DNA of 64,000 nucleotides from an uncultured Candidatus Rokubacteria bacterium (GTDB lineage: Bacteria; Methylomirabilota; Methylomirabilia; Rokubacteriales; CSP1-6). The notes under the pieces were generated by a model. It did no database searches. It saw only the letters and a list, made by a program, of their open reading frames with translations, and was not told where the DNA came from. The position numbers were made by a program, and so were the translations under genes. Shown here piece after piece: positions 28,502-38,212 of this stretch. Positions within the stretch are counted from its first letter, which is position 1. Each line of letters begins with the position of its first letter. The stretch spans positions 256,001-320,000 of the forward strand of contig CAVXJS010000009.1 of NCBI GenBank assembly GCA_963762145.1. Reading direction: 5' to 3'.

Positions 28502-29120
28502 GCTGGCCCACTCGCGCCGCGGTCAGCGCGCGCCGGTCCACCCGCGAGAGGGCGCGCGCCATGGCCGGCCGCAGCAGCCGCGTGTGCGGGATGTCGAGCA
28601 GGTGCTCGGCGATCCACCAGAGATCCTCCTCCGTCGTCATCCAGCCGGGCCGCCGGCGATCGAAGCGCGCGAGATCGACCGGCCGCGAGTAGGCGCGCAG
28701 GGTGCGGTCACCCCGCAGGTTGATATAGCCGTCGAAGTAGCTCATGACCAGCTCCCGCACGCTCCGGTGCACCGGCTCCCGATAGCGCAGCCCCGAGAAG
28801 TTGGACTTGGCGATGGCGCCCCAGTGCCCGCGGCTCCGGAACACCGCCACCACGTGATCGGTATCCTGCACCGCCTCCAGATCGAGCAGGAGCGGCGGAA
28901 AGCCGAGCACGCGCAGCGCGGCCGCCGCGAACACCGCGCCCTCCAGGCAATGCGCGGTGCGCTCCCGCAGCACCCGGCGCGGCGACCAGGCGGTTCCGGC
29001 CAGGTGATACGGCATGGCGTCGAGCGCCCGCTGGATGCCGATCGGGCTCCGGAGCGCCCGCAGCGCGCGGAGCTCCCGCGGCGTGAAGCCCGGGGCCGGG
29101 GTGGAGCGGGCCGCGCTCAG
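28491..29120 (-). CDS. Hypothetical protein, possible transglutaminase-like fold (start uncertain)
   Basis: AHCLEGA, DTDHVVAVF, WGAIAKSN motifs in the 3' part of ORF 28491..30206. Confidence 0.65.
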   Translation of the reverse strand: MSAARSTPAPGFTPRELRALRALRSPIGIQRALDAMPYHLAGTAWSPRRVLRERTAHCLEGAVFAAAALRVLGFPPLLLDLEAVQDTDHVVAVFRSRGHWGAIAKSNFSGLRYREPVHRSVRELVMSYFDGYINLRGDRTLRAYSRPVDLARFDRRRPGWMTTEEDLWWIAEHLLDIPHTRLLRPAMARALSRVDRRALTAARVGQRAH

Positions 29121-30265
29121 AGCCGGTAGAGCTCCCGGGCATTGTCGCAGAGGATGCGCCGCCGCGTCGCCTCCGGCACCCCGCGGAAGTTCTCCGCGAT
29201 GGCCTGCTGCGAGTCCGGCCACGTCGAGTCGGCGTGGGGGTAGTCGGAGGCCCACATCACCCGCCCCGCCCCGAGCACGTCCACCAGGCGCAGGCCGACC
29301 AGATCGAGCTGGAACGTCGCCCACACCTGGCGCTTCCAGTACTCGCTGGGCGGCATGGTGAGCCGCAGACCCCCGTGGGCGCGCCAGTACTCGGCCGCGT
29401 CCACGAAGCGCTGGTAGGTGTCGTCCATCCGCTCGAGCATGTAGGGCAGCCAGCCGATACCGGTCTCGGCCAGCACGATGCGGAGATTCGGGTGCCGCTC
29501 GAGCGCGCCCGAGAAGATCACCGCGGCGAGCGGCTCGTCCATCTGGAGCGTCGAGCACGCCACCCGCACGCCCATGTTGCCGGGATCCGCGGCCTTGGGC
29601 CCGCTGAAGGTCACGGTGCGCAGCCCGCCGCCCAGGTGGAAGCCGATCGGCAGCCCGGTCTCCGCGGCGGCCTCCCACAGCGGCTCCCACTCCTCGTCCC
29701 AGAGCGGCAGCTCGGCACGGGCCGCGAGGAACATCCCGGTGCGCAAGCCCAGCTGGGCCAGCGAGCGCACCTCGTCGGCGGCGACCTTCGGGTCGTCGAT
29801 CGGGATCAGCCCGGCCCCGATGAGCCGCTCGGGCGCAGTGGCGCAGAACTCGGCGAGCCATTCGTTGTAGGCGTGGTAGCAGACCTGCCGCAGCGCGGGA
29901 TCCTTGATCAGCAGCGGCACGATGGGCCCGTACATCACGGTGGCGTCCACCCCGTCGCGGTCCATGTCGGCCAGGCGCAGCGCGGTGGTGGTCGGGCGCA
30001 GCACCCCGGGCTCGAGCACGCCGCCCTTCTCCAGCGCGAGCCGGCGCCCGCCCATCGAGCCGGCCACGCCCCGGCGCCCGCCCCACGGATCCCAGCGCTC
30101 GTCGCCGCAGACCCAGTAGGGCCCGGCGTCCGTCTCCACCACCCGGGGCGCACGCTCGCGCCACGCCGGCGGGACCCGCGTCTGCCAGAGATCGCGCGGC
30201 AGCCACTGCATGTCGATGTGGTCGTCGGCCGAGATGATCCGGTAGTGCATGCGGGCTCTCTCCAT
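29117..30265 (-). CDS. Amidohydrolase family (Amidohydro_2) protein
   Basis: ISADDH, DMDRDGVD, YNEWLAEF, FHL, AETGIGW, WASDYPH. Confidence 0.9.
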   Translation of the reverse strand: MERARMHYRIISADDHIDMQWLPRDLWQTRVPPAWRERAPRVVETDAGPYWVCGDERWDPWGGRRGVAGSMGGRRLALEKGGVLEPGVLRPTTTALRLADMDRDGVDATVMYGPIVPLLIKDPALRQVCYHAYNEWLAEFCATAPERLIGAGLIPIDDPKVAADEVRSLAQLGLRTGMFLAARAELPLWDEEWEPLWEAAAETGLPIGFHLGGGLRTVTFSGPKAADPGNMGVRVACSTLQMDEPLAAVIFSGALERHPNLRIVLAETGIGWLPYMLERMDDTYQRFVDAAEYWRAHGGLRLTMPPSEYWKRQVWATFQLDLVGLRLVDVLGAGRVMWASDYPHADSTWPDSQQAIAENFRGVPEATRRRILCDNARELYRL

Positions 30266-30290
30266 GTGCGGGCTCGGGGGGTGGCTCGGG

Positions 30291-31568
30291 CTACCAGTCG
30301 AGGCGGGATTCGAGGACCACGCCGCGGCGCAGGTTCAGCCAGCGGGTGAAGCGCACCACCTGGAAGAATCCCCACAGCGAGAAACGCAGGTGCTTCGGGA
30401 GAGACCCGAACGAGCCGCCCGCGAGCACCCCGGTGACCGCGGGGACCATGCCCAGCACGTTGCGCGGACGCAGGAAGACCTCGAGGAAGGCGCGGTCGTA
30501 GAAGGACTCGATGAAGCGCTCGAAGGGCCGCGTCCCCCGGCGAACCGCGCGCTCGTAGGCGCGGAAGCGCCGGGCCTCGAACCGGTCGGAGCGGAAGGCG
30601 CGCAGGATCGCGCCCGCGGCCAGCTCGCCCGACTGCATCGCGATGAACACCCCGGGCGAGAAGATCGGGTCCACGAAGGCCACCGCGTCGCCCACGCACA
30701 GGAATCGGTCGCCCACGACCGGCTCCACCGAGTAGGCGAAGTTCGAGGTGGTGTACAGCTCGGTCACCCGCGAAGCGCCCTGAAGATTGTCGTGAACCGC
30801 GTGGCAGCGCTCGACCATGTCGTCGAACAGCTCCTGGAGCGAGCCGCGCCGAGCCTTCACGACCTTCTGGTGGAGCACGCAGCCCACGCTGGTCTCGTCG
30901 CGCGCGAGCGGGATGTACCAGAACCAGCCCTCGGGGAAGATGTAGATGCGGACGTGGCCTTCCTCGCGGCCCGGGAAGCGGCGGGCGCCCTTGAAGTAGG
31001 CGAAGATCGCGACCTTCCCCAGGCCCGGCCGCGGCTTCCGCTGCCCCTGACGCGCGGCCAGGAAGGCGTCGCGTCCGCTCGCGTCCACCAGGAAGCGTGC
31101 GCGCACCTCGCGCTCCGTCTCGCCCAGGCTGACGCGCGCGGTGACGCCGTCGAGGTCGAAGGCTACCTTCTCGACGGTCGCGGGCTGCAGACGCGTGACC
31201 CCTTGCGCCACCGCGTGATCGAGGAGGATCTGGTCGAACTCGGCGCGGTGCACGTCGAGCGTGAAGGCGGGCCACGGGCGACCGGGCTTGAAGTCGAAGG
31301 TGGACGAGATCCCCAGCTCCTGATCGTGGAAGGTGGCGCCGTACTTCATCTGGAAGCCGTGCGCGAGCACCCGGTCGAGCACGCCCAGACGCCGGCAGAT
31401 GTCCATGCACGTGGGGATCAGCGACTCGCCGACCTTGAAGCGCGGGAAGGCTTCCCGCTCCACCAGGGTGACCCGGAGCCCGCCGCGGGCGAGAAAGGTC
31501 GCGGCGGTGCTGCCGCCCGGGCCGCCTCCCACCACCAGCACGTCGATCTCGCGCGAAGAGCCGGTCAC
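30291..31568 (-). CDS. FAD-dependent oxidoreductase, flavin-dependent halogenase-like
   Basis: GGGPGG, FPRFKVGES, DASGR, GWFWYIPL (WxWxIP), GDA..FVDPIFSPG. Confidence 0.82.
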   Translation of the reverse strand: MTGSSREIDVLVVGGGPGGSTAATFLARGGLRVTLVEREAFPRFKVGESLIPTCMDICRRLGVLDRVLAHGFQMKYGATFHDQELGISSTFDFKPGRPWPAFTLDVHRAEFDQILLDHAVAQGVTRLQPATVEKVAFDLDGVTARVSLGETEREVRARFLVDASGRDAFLAARQGQRKPRPGLGKVAIFAYFKGARRFPGREEGHVRIYIFPEGWFWYIPLARDETSVGCVLHQKVVKARRGSLQELFDDMVERCHAVHDNLQGASRVTELYTTSNFAYSVEPVVGDRFLCVGDAVAFVDPIFSPGVFIAMQSGELAAGAILRAFRSDRFEARRFRAYERAVRRGTRPFERFIESFYDRAFLEVFLRPRNVLGMVPAVTGVLAGGSFGSLPKHLRFSLWGFFQVVRFTRWLNLRRGVVLESRLDW

Positions 31569-31695
31569 GCGGGCATCTTACCCGATCCTCCCGGCGACCC
31601 GCGAGCCCCGCGCCGGTTTGCCGCTCCCCACCCGGCGTGCTAGCCTCGGCCCTCGTCGGCCCGCGCCACCAGGCCCACGTCATGAGGGAGGTCTC

Positions 31696-32130
31696 ATGGG
31701 CGAGATCCGCATCGTGTCCGACCCGCACGCGTCGGAGAGCCTCAAGCAGTTCGTGACGGACCAGCTGGATCTGTACAACGTCGCGGTCACCGGCTTCTCC
31801 GCGTACTCCCCGGTCAACTTCTTCCTCCGCGACGAGGGCGACGAGGTGATGGGCGGACTCCTCGCCGCGATCTGGGGCGGGAGCCTCTTCATCCGCATCC
31901 TCTGGGTCAGCGAGGTCCTGCGCGGGCGCGGCCTAGGCCGGCGCCTGCTGGAAGCGGCCGAGCGGCGGGCGGTGGAGCGCGGCTGCCGTCACGTCTTCCT
32001 CGATACGTTCAGCTTCCAGGCCCCGGGCTTCTACGAGCGGCTCGGCTACTGGACCTATGCCCGCGCGGAGGACTGGCCGGTCGGCCATACCCATCACTTT
32101 CTCAGGAAGGATCTGCTGCCCGCCCCGTGA
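31696..32130 (+). CDS. GNAT family acetyltransferase
   Basis: LWV...RGRGLGRRLL, LDTFSFQAPGFYERLGY. Confidence 0.9.
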   Translation: MGEIRIVSDPHASESLKQFVTDQLDLYNVAVTGFSAYSPVNFFLRDEGDEVMGGLLAAIWGGSLFIRILWVSEVLRGRGLGRRLLEAAERRAVERGCRHVFLDTFSFQAPGFYERLGYWTYARAEDWPVGHTHHFLRKDLLPAP

Positions 32131-32504
32131 TCAAGCTCGTCTTCTGCCTCCGCCGCCTGCCCCACCTCTCCCGCGAAGAATTTCAGCGCTACTGGCTCGA
32201 TTCCCACGGCCCGCTGGTCCGAGAGCTGGCCCCCGCGCTGGGCATCAAGCGCTACACCCAGGTGCACACCGTGACGTCCGCCTTCAGCGAGGCGATGCGC
32301 CGCCACCGCGGCGCTCCCGACGACTTCGACGGCGTGGCCGAGCTCTGGTGGGACACGGTGGAGGAATTCGCCCGCATGGGCGCGACGCCCGAGGGCCGCG
32401 CGGCGGGGCGGCGGCTGCTCGAGGATGAAAAACGTTTCATCGACCTCGCGCGCTCGCCGATCTGGTTCGGCGAGGAGCACTCGCTGCTCGATGGCACCAG
32501 GTAA
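32127..32504 (+). CDS. EthD domain protein
   Basis: LSREEFQRYWLDSHGP, FDGVAELW, DEKRFID. Confidence 0.88.
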   Translation: MIKLVFCLRRLPHLSREEFQRYWLDSHGPLVRELAPALGIKRYTQVHTVTSAFSEAMRRHRGAPDDFDGVAELWWDTVEEFARMGATPEGRAAGRRLLEDEKRFIDLARSPIWFGEEHSLLDGTR

Positions 32505-32650
32505 ATCCGTGAGGACCGCGTATCGCTTACACGGTAAGTTGTACCCGATGGCTCACCCGCCACGACAGCTAGTAGCCCCGCGTTTCACTGAAAACGCGTC
32601 CGACGTGCATTTGATCGTCGCTATCCCTCCTGCCTCGGCGCGTCGCCGCG

Positions 32651-32665
32651 TGGCACGCAACTTGT
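32651..32665 (+). promoter_or_regulatory. Sigma-54-like promoter upstream of the PEP-CTERM gene
   Basis: TGGCAC-GCAAC-TTGT. Confidence 0.5.
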
Positions 32666-32835
32666 GTCCTACGAGCAACTCGATCGGGGGCAAGATCTTC
32701 GAAACCTGAACAACTATGAAGCGTGACGTACGTAGTGTGCAGGGGAGTTCACATTTGATTCAAGTAGGTGGCAGCCGAACGGGTGGGTTGGGAAACGAGT
32801 CATTGGGTTCCTCTTAGCGTGAAGGGATAAGGAGA

Positions 32836-33762
32836 ATGGAAATGCGCTCATATACTCGGTTCGGGGTTTTCCTCGCCGTGTTCGCCGCCGCCGTGCTCAC
32901 CGGCGCCACCGTGATGGCCGCCCCGATCACATTGCCAACGAGCCCGCTGTTCATCCAGTACACCAACAATGAACAGTTCAGTATCAGCAATTCGATCCAA
33001 AGCACCAATGCCACAACGGGAGCCGTCACGAGTGAGGGCAACTGGGGCATTCTCCAGATCTCGAGCATCGTGAGAGGCACGGCCCTGAACCCGCTCGGCA
33101 GCGATATTCAGGGTGGCGGAGCTAACGTATTCAGCGACGGAGGAGTCGGCGGCCCGCAGATTACCGGTATCTTTTACGGGACACAGGTCAATCCAGGTGG
33201 CCTTAGCGCAACCGGTGGCGCTATTGACCTCTATTGGCGGGATGTCGGAACGGCGAACACCGGCGCTGACCTCGCCGCCGGCTTCGATCCCACGCGGCGT
33301 CTGAACCAGAGGACTTACACGGGCTATGCTGAGCCACTCAACGCGAATTTCATTTTTCTCGCGCAGCTCACGTATGGTCCCGGTTGCGATAGCAACCCCG
33401 CTAACCACGTCTGCACCGGCGTCGCCCCGGGAACTGGAGACGGAACCGCGAAGAGCTACCAGAGTGTCAACTTGGCGGCGGGCGGGCTTTGGGCGAGCCA
33501 GCTCGACAGCAACTTCTTCACTCTCGATGCCAACGGGAACCCGCAGACGACCCCGCAAGATGTCCGGTCAGACAGCAACTTCACCCGCAACGGAGCTTCA
33601 GCGTGGGATGGTGCCGGCGACATCATCGGCCTTCGCAGCAATGACCCGGTTCGTGTGGACAATCTCGAACCCGTTCCCGAACCCGGAACCCTGGGTCTTT
33701 TCGGATTGGCGATGGTCGGAGTGGGCTACATGCGCCGGCGCATGAACATGAAGAAGAAATAA
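32836..33762 (+). CDS. PEP-CTERM sorting domain surface protein
   Basis: Signal peptide; Gly/Ser/Thr/Asn-rich body; VPEPGTLGLFGLAMVGVGYMRRR tail; RBS AAGGAG. Confidence 0.93.
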   Translation: MEMRSYTRFGVFLAVFAAAVLTGATVMAAPITLPTSPLFIQYTNNEQFSISNSIQSTNATTGAVTSEGNWGILQISSIVRGTALNPLGSDIQGGGANVFSDGGVGGPQITGIFYGTQVNPGGLSATGGAIDLYWRDVGTANTGADLAAGFDPTRRLNQRTYTGYAEPLNANFIFLAQLTYGPGCDSNPANHVCTGVAPGTGDGTAKSYQSVNLAAGGLWASQLDSNFFTLDANGNPQTTPQDVRSDSNFTRNGASAWDGAGDIIGLRSNDPVRVDNLEPVPEPGTLGLFGLAMVGVGYMRRRMNMKKK

Positions 33763-33793
33763 TCCGCGGCTCACAGTCTACGTGTTTCGGCGC

Positions 33794-33815
33794 AAAGGGG
33801 GCAACTGCCCCCTTT
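33794..33815. terminator. Intrinsic (possibly bidirectional) terminator
   Basis: AAAGGGGGCA-AC-TGCCCCCTTT hairpin after the PEP-CTERM gene. Confidence 0.6.
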
Positions 33816-34099
33816 GTCGTTTACGGAGCCCGGTGGCCGTCTGAAGGATGCGGCGTCTGAACCGTCTCTACGGCTCGCGTCCGCATATTTCGCGGAGGCT
33901 GAGCTCGACCGCTGAGCCAAGTGATGGGAGAAGATCCGGGATCGCGCTCCCCACCGCCAGCCCGGGCGGTACGGCGGACGAGGCACTGTGCGAGCACATC
34001 GTTCGCAGGCCGTGGTACGGTGGCGCCCCTGATGACCGCTCCAGCCGGCTTGGCGGTTCTTGAGCGTAGCATTGCTATCCTCATACTGGTGTTCGACTC

Positions 34100-34759
34100 G
34101 TGACAGCCCAACGAATCCGCCTGGGACTGCAATTGCTCGGGACGATCGCGATTCTGGCGTGGGTACCCGGGAATGCGGCGAAACTCGTGGCAATGCTGGT
34201 GATCTGGGCACTTGGCTTCGGAAGATTATCCCGCTCCGATGTGGTGTTCATGATCGGTGTCAACCTGTTGTTCATCTGTATGAACCTTGGCGCCCTGCGC
34301 AAGGGAGCCTTCCGGTTCACCAGCCCCGACGCCCTGGGCATGCCCATGTATGAGTTCGCCATGTGGGGGTTCTATACCCTCCATACCATCCGCTTCCTTG
34401 ACGGGATGGCCCCTGGGGGGAGCCGATGGACGGCCTTGATCATGGCAGCTGCGCTTGCAGTTCCCTTCTCTATGGTTAGCGACCCGGGCGTCTTGACCCT
34501 GCTGTCGGGAATAGTCCTAGGCACCAGCCTCGCGTTGTACAGGGAGCCCATGGATTTTGCGTATGCCGCGTACATGGTCATGATGGGTACCTTGATCGAG
34601 TACGTCGGTGTGTGGACAGGGCAATGGAGCTACCCGGGCAATCCGCCGGGTGGGGTGCCGTCGTGGTTCATCCCCATGTGGGGAGGAGTCGGGTTATTCA
34701 CCCGCAGATTGCTTCTGCCCTTACTGCGCCAAGGCGCCGGATCACCGGTACCCGGCTGA
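34100..34759 (+). CDS. Integral membrane protein (DUF2878-like)
   Basis: Multiple TM segments; duplicated W/F-x-Y...G(M/V)P.(Y/W)...MWG motif. Confidence 0.65.
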   Translation: MTAQRIRLGLQLLGTIAILAWVPGNAAKLVAMLVIWALGFGRLSRSDVVFMIGVNLLFICMNLGALRKGAFRFTSPDALGMPMYEFAMWGFYTLHTIRFLDGMAPGGSRWTALIMAAALAVPFSMVSDPGVLTLLSGIVLGTSLALYREPMDFAYAAYMVMMGTLIEYVGVWTGQWSYPGNPPGGVPSWFIPMWGGVGLFTRRLLLPLLRQGAGSPVPG

Positions 34760-34780
34760 TGCGCGCCCGCCGTCGGGCTC

Positions 34781-36397
34781 GTGTCAGGAGGAATTCCGGT
34801 GGAGCTCCCTAGGGCCCTGCTGGATTGGAGCGCGCTTCTCGGCCAATCGCGTGTTCTCGATGCCGGGGCGGCACAAGCCGACTATGGGCGCTGTACCACC
34901 GGGATACGGCGCCGGCTTGCGGGGGCCCTGAGGCCGTGTGAACGCTCGCAGATCCCGCCGATCGTCGAGATCGCCGCCCGCTTCAAGGTCCCGCTCTATC
35001 CCATCAGCACCGGCCACAATTGGGGGTATGGAACGGCCTTGCCGCCTACGGACGACTGCATGATTCTGGATCTTTCCGGACTCGACCGGATTCTGGAATT
35101 CGACGCGGAAACCGGCCTGGTAACTGTCGAGCCGGGGGTCACGCAGCGGCAACTCGCCGAGTTCCTTGACCGTGGGGACCATCAATACCTGGTGCCGGTT
35201 ACCGGGGCGGGACCGACGTGCAGCATTGTCGGCAATGCCCTCGAGCGCGGCTATGGGATTACGCCCCAGGCTGACCACTTCGGCGCCGTGATGGCGCTCG
35301 AAGCGGTGTTACCGGATGGTCGTGTGTACCGCTCCGCCCTGTCCGAGCTCGATGGACAGCAGCTTGATCGTGCCTTCAAGTGGGGAATCGGCCCCTATCT
35401 GGACGGGATCTTTTCGCAGAGTGGCTTTGGCGTCGTGACGCAGATGACTATCGCTCTCTCCCGTCGTCCCGCTGCCATCAAGATCTTTCTCTTCGGTTTG
35501 AAGAGGTCAGAACAGCTCGGGAGCTTGGTGGAACGGGTGCGCGAGGTGATTGCCCGATTCCCCGGGATCGTCGGCGGCATCAACCTGATGAATGCGCATC
35601 GGGTGCTGGCCATGGCGGTGCCCTATCCCCGCGAGCGATTGGGTTCTGATGGTCTCATCTCTCCGGAACTGCTGGCCGAGCTCAGCCGCGAGAATCAGGT
35701 GATGCCCTGGACGGGCTTCGGCACTCTCTATGGCTCCAAGGGAGTGGTGAGAGCCGCGCAGCGTGAGGTACGCGATCTTTTGGGACCCCTGGTGTCTCGG
35801 CTGGTATTCATCAGCCCGGAGGGCGGACGGACATTGGCTCGAGCTGGAAGTATGTTGCCGAGCTATTTTCGTTCGAAGTTCGCCCGGAACCTGGAGATGC
35901 TCGAACGGTCCCTGCAGCTCGTAGCGGGGCGGCCGAATGAAACCGCTCTGCCCCTGTGCTACTGGAACACTCGCAAGCAACCTCGCGCGGGTGCCGCCAT
36001 GGATCCGGCCCGTGACGGCTGCGGCGTGGCATGGTATTCACCGCTCGTGCCCATGAAGCCGGACGGCGTTGCCGCCTACGTGCGAATGGTCACCGCCATC
36101 ATGCAAGAACATCGGCTGGAGCCGCTGATCACTTTGACCAGCCTGTCCGACAGGTGCTTTGACAGCACCGTGCCATTGCTGTTCGACCTGGATTCAGAGG
36201 AGAGCCGGAGGAATGCCGAGACCTGCTACTGGGCGCTCCTGGAGGCTGGGCGAGGTCAGGGCTTCCTTCCGTACCGGGTGGGCATTCAGACGATGAACTG
36301 GCTGTCCCAGAATGACGCGACGTTCTGGCAGGTTGTCCGGGAGATCAAGAAGACGCTGGATCCCCACGCGATCATCTCTCCGGGAAGGTACGTTTGA
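34781..36397 (+). CDS. FAD-binding oxidase, VAO/p-cresol methylhydroxylase flavoprotein family
   Basis: PISTGHNWGYG, VEPGVT, GNALERGYG, GPYLDGIFSQSGFGVVT, PYR, LDPHAIISPG. Confidence 0.88.
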   Translation: MSGGIPVELPRALLDWSALLGQSRVLDAGAAQADYGRCTTGIRRRLAGALRPCERSQIPPIVEIAARFKVPLYPISTGHNWGYGTALPPTDDCMILDLSGLDRILEFDAETGLVTVEPGVTQRQLAEFLDRGDHQYLVPVTGAGPTCSIVGNALERGYGITPQADHFGAVMALEAVLPDGRVYRSALSELDGQQLDRAFKWGIGPYLDGIFSQSGFGVVTQMTIALSRRPAAIKIFLFGLKRSEQLGSLVERVREVIARFPGIVGGINLMNAHRVLAMAVPYPRERLGSDGLISPELLAELSRENQVMPWTGFGTLYGSKGVVRAAQREVRDLLGPLVSRLVFISPEGGRTLARAGSMLPSYFRSKFARNLEMLERSLQLVAGRPNETALPLCYWNTRKQPRAGAAMDPARDGCGVAWYSPLVPMKPDGVAAYVRMVTAIMQEHRLEPLITLTSLSDRCFDSTVPLLFDLDSEESRRNAETCYWALLEAGRGQGFLPYRVGIQTMNWLSQNDATFWQVVREIKKTLDPHAIISPGRYV

Positions 36398-36572
36398 TCT
36401 CAGCCGTCCCCGCGAGTCTCGCCAAGGGTGCGCCGGGCGCCCGCGGGCCAGGCGCCGACGACCCTGGAGGCCGTCGACGCCGAGGCCGGGCTGCCACGTC
36501 AGCTACGCCATGGCGAGACGCAGGGGGTTCCCTCGGTCGACAACGCGAGTGGGTGCGGAGCCTCCGACCCGC

Positions 36573-37436
36573 CTAGGGGTGGCAGCCGGCCAGAATGTAT
36601 GCCCGGTGGGCCTCGGAAGCCTCCGTCAATGCTTCGTGGCGCGAGAAGAAATACTCGACGCGCTCCTGCAGAGGAATGACCCGCCTCAAATCCTGGGCCA
36701 GCCGAGTCATCACCGCCTCGACGTTGGCAGGATGGAAGAGAAACTCATGGACTTCGCTGATCATGCGGCGACCATCGCGCAACTGGCTCATCAAAGACCG
36801 CGCGAGCGCAAGGTCGATCCTGAGGGCAATCGCGGGTGCACCATTGACCTTGCCGTACTGCTTCAGGCCGCCGATGTCCTGAAAGTGAAACGCCTTCCGA
36901 TAGAAGGGGGCGTGATGCGGATTGACGGCGATACAGAGATCGCTTTTCGTCTGGGCCGCATAGATGACCAGCATCCGGATCAATCGCAGGAGGATTGGGA
37001 CTCCTGATGACTGGTACTCAGGATCCATGGCCAGCGCCGAAACCTCCGCCAGATTACACCTCGCGTCCCGAAGCCTCCGGAGCTCATCCGTGTAGATCTC
37101 GTCCATCGGGAGACCGAGCGGAGAATCGGCGATGAGTGTCATCGTCCCTATGACGCGACCGCGGGACCGGGCTACAAACACGCGTGTTGCCGAGAGGGCA
37201 TTGTGAAGGCTCAGGCGCCAGCCGGACGGATGTGCATCCATGTAGCCGTGAGCCACGTATTGGTCGTGTTGTAGACGGAAGGCCTGCTCGAGGGTGCGAC
37301 GATCGGTGGCAAGACCGAAGTCGAGCTCATCTGCGAGCGGGTCGTTCTGGAACCAGACAGCTTTGAGCCGTGAGCGGCTCGTGGTCGGCGATGAAACAGT
37401 CTCCGCGTGCAGGGTCTGAACCGGCGATGCCGACAT
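36573..37436 (-). CDS. FeeM-like long-chain N-acyl amino acid synthase (GNAT fold)
   Basis: AFRLQHDQYVAHGY, GTMTLIADSPLGLPMD, AEVSALA, IAVNPHHAPFY, VNGAPAI. Confidence 0.8.
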   Translation of the reverse strand: MSASPVQTLHAETVSSPTTSRSRLKAVWFQNDPLADELDFGLATDRRTLEQAFRLQHDQYVAHGYMDAHPSGWRLSLHNALSATRVFVARSRGRVIGTMTLIADSPLGLPMDEIYTDELRRLRDARCNLAEVSALAMDPEYQSSGVPILLRLIRMLVIYAAQTKSDLCIAVNPHHAPFYRKAFHFQDIGGLKQYGKVNGAPAIALRIDLALARSLMSQLRDGRRMISEVHEFLFHPANVEAVMTRLAQDLRRVIPLQERVEYFFSRHEALTEASEAHRAYILAGCHP

Positions 37437-37595
37437 CACGTGTCCCTCCCTCGCTGGATGGCCTGCTCTCCGTGGGCGGGACACGCCCTCTTCGGCAGCC
37501 GCGCTCAGGTCCTTTTGGTTCCTGACCTCTGGCTTTACATGCCGGCCTCGCGACCGGTTTGCCTTTATCGGAAGAAGGCTTTTACGGTTCTAGCA

Positions 37596-37610
37596 GCGAA
37601 ACCTGTGCCA
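37596..37610 (-). promoter_or_regulatory. Sigma-54-like promoter upstream of the FeeM-like gene
   Basis: TGGCAC-AGGTT-TCGC. Confidence 0.5.
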
Positions 37611-38059
37611 CTCGATCTGTCGCAGACGACATTGCTTATGTTCCTAAAACCTAAGGGAATAGGCGTCCCTTGCATCGACGGACCAAATTCCAGGCGTCAG
37701 ATTCCTGACAGGCAACCTTCATTTGGTGACACTCGTGTGACATCACTCGACAAATGGCGTTAGGATTTGCGCGACGAACGTTTCAGGCTTTCGAACTCTT
37801 CTGCACGGGCCGCACAAACTCTGCGCGGGGACATCTCCAAGCTGCGTAGATGTCGTAAGACTCTTCGACGTGGCAGAAAGGGCTACGAGAGATTGATTCC
37901 GGTCGAATATTTGCTGTCATTTCTCGGAGACATTTACGGCATCAGCGTGGTCTGAGCAAGTCCTTTCTGGAGGAGGCAGGGCGGACCGCAAGGCCTAGCG
38001 CCTCAACGCGCGACGATGTCGCAGCTAGCCATAGCGGATTCTACCCATGAAGCGGCCGA

Positions 38060-38212
38060 TTGCTGGTTGGCCGCTTGCCCTTCGGCGGGCTCGGGTCACT
38101 GGCTCCGGAGCCGGCCACCCTGCTGCTGCTCGGTAGCTCCTTTGCCACCCTCGGCGTGGCTCTGCGCCGCCACCTGGCCGCGCGGAAGGCCGAGGCGGGC
38201 TACCGCGGGTAG
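38060..38212 (+). pseudogene. Orphan PEP-CTERM sorting tail (gene remnant or mini-protein)
   Basis: Frame reads ...GSLAPEPATLLLLGSSFATLGVALRRHLAARK...; in-frame stop at 38048 just upstream. Confidence 0.7.

Noticed and set aside
37437-38050. Short ORFs or a riboswitch in the AT-richer intergenic region
   Set aside because: No convincing protein motifs or recognisable RNA family by eye; probably regulatory DNA
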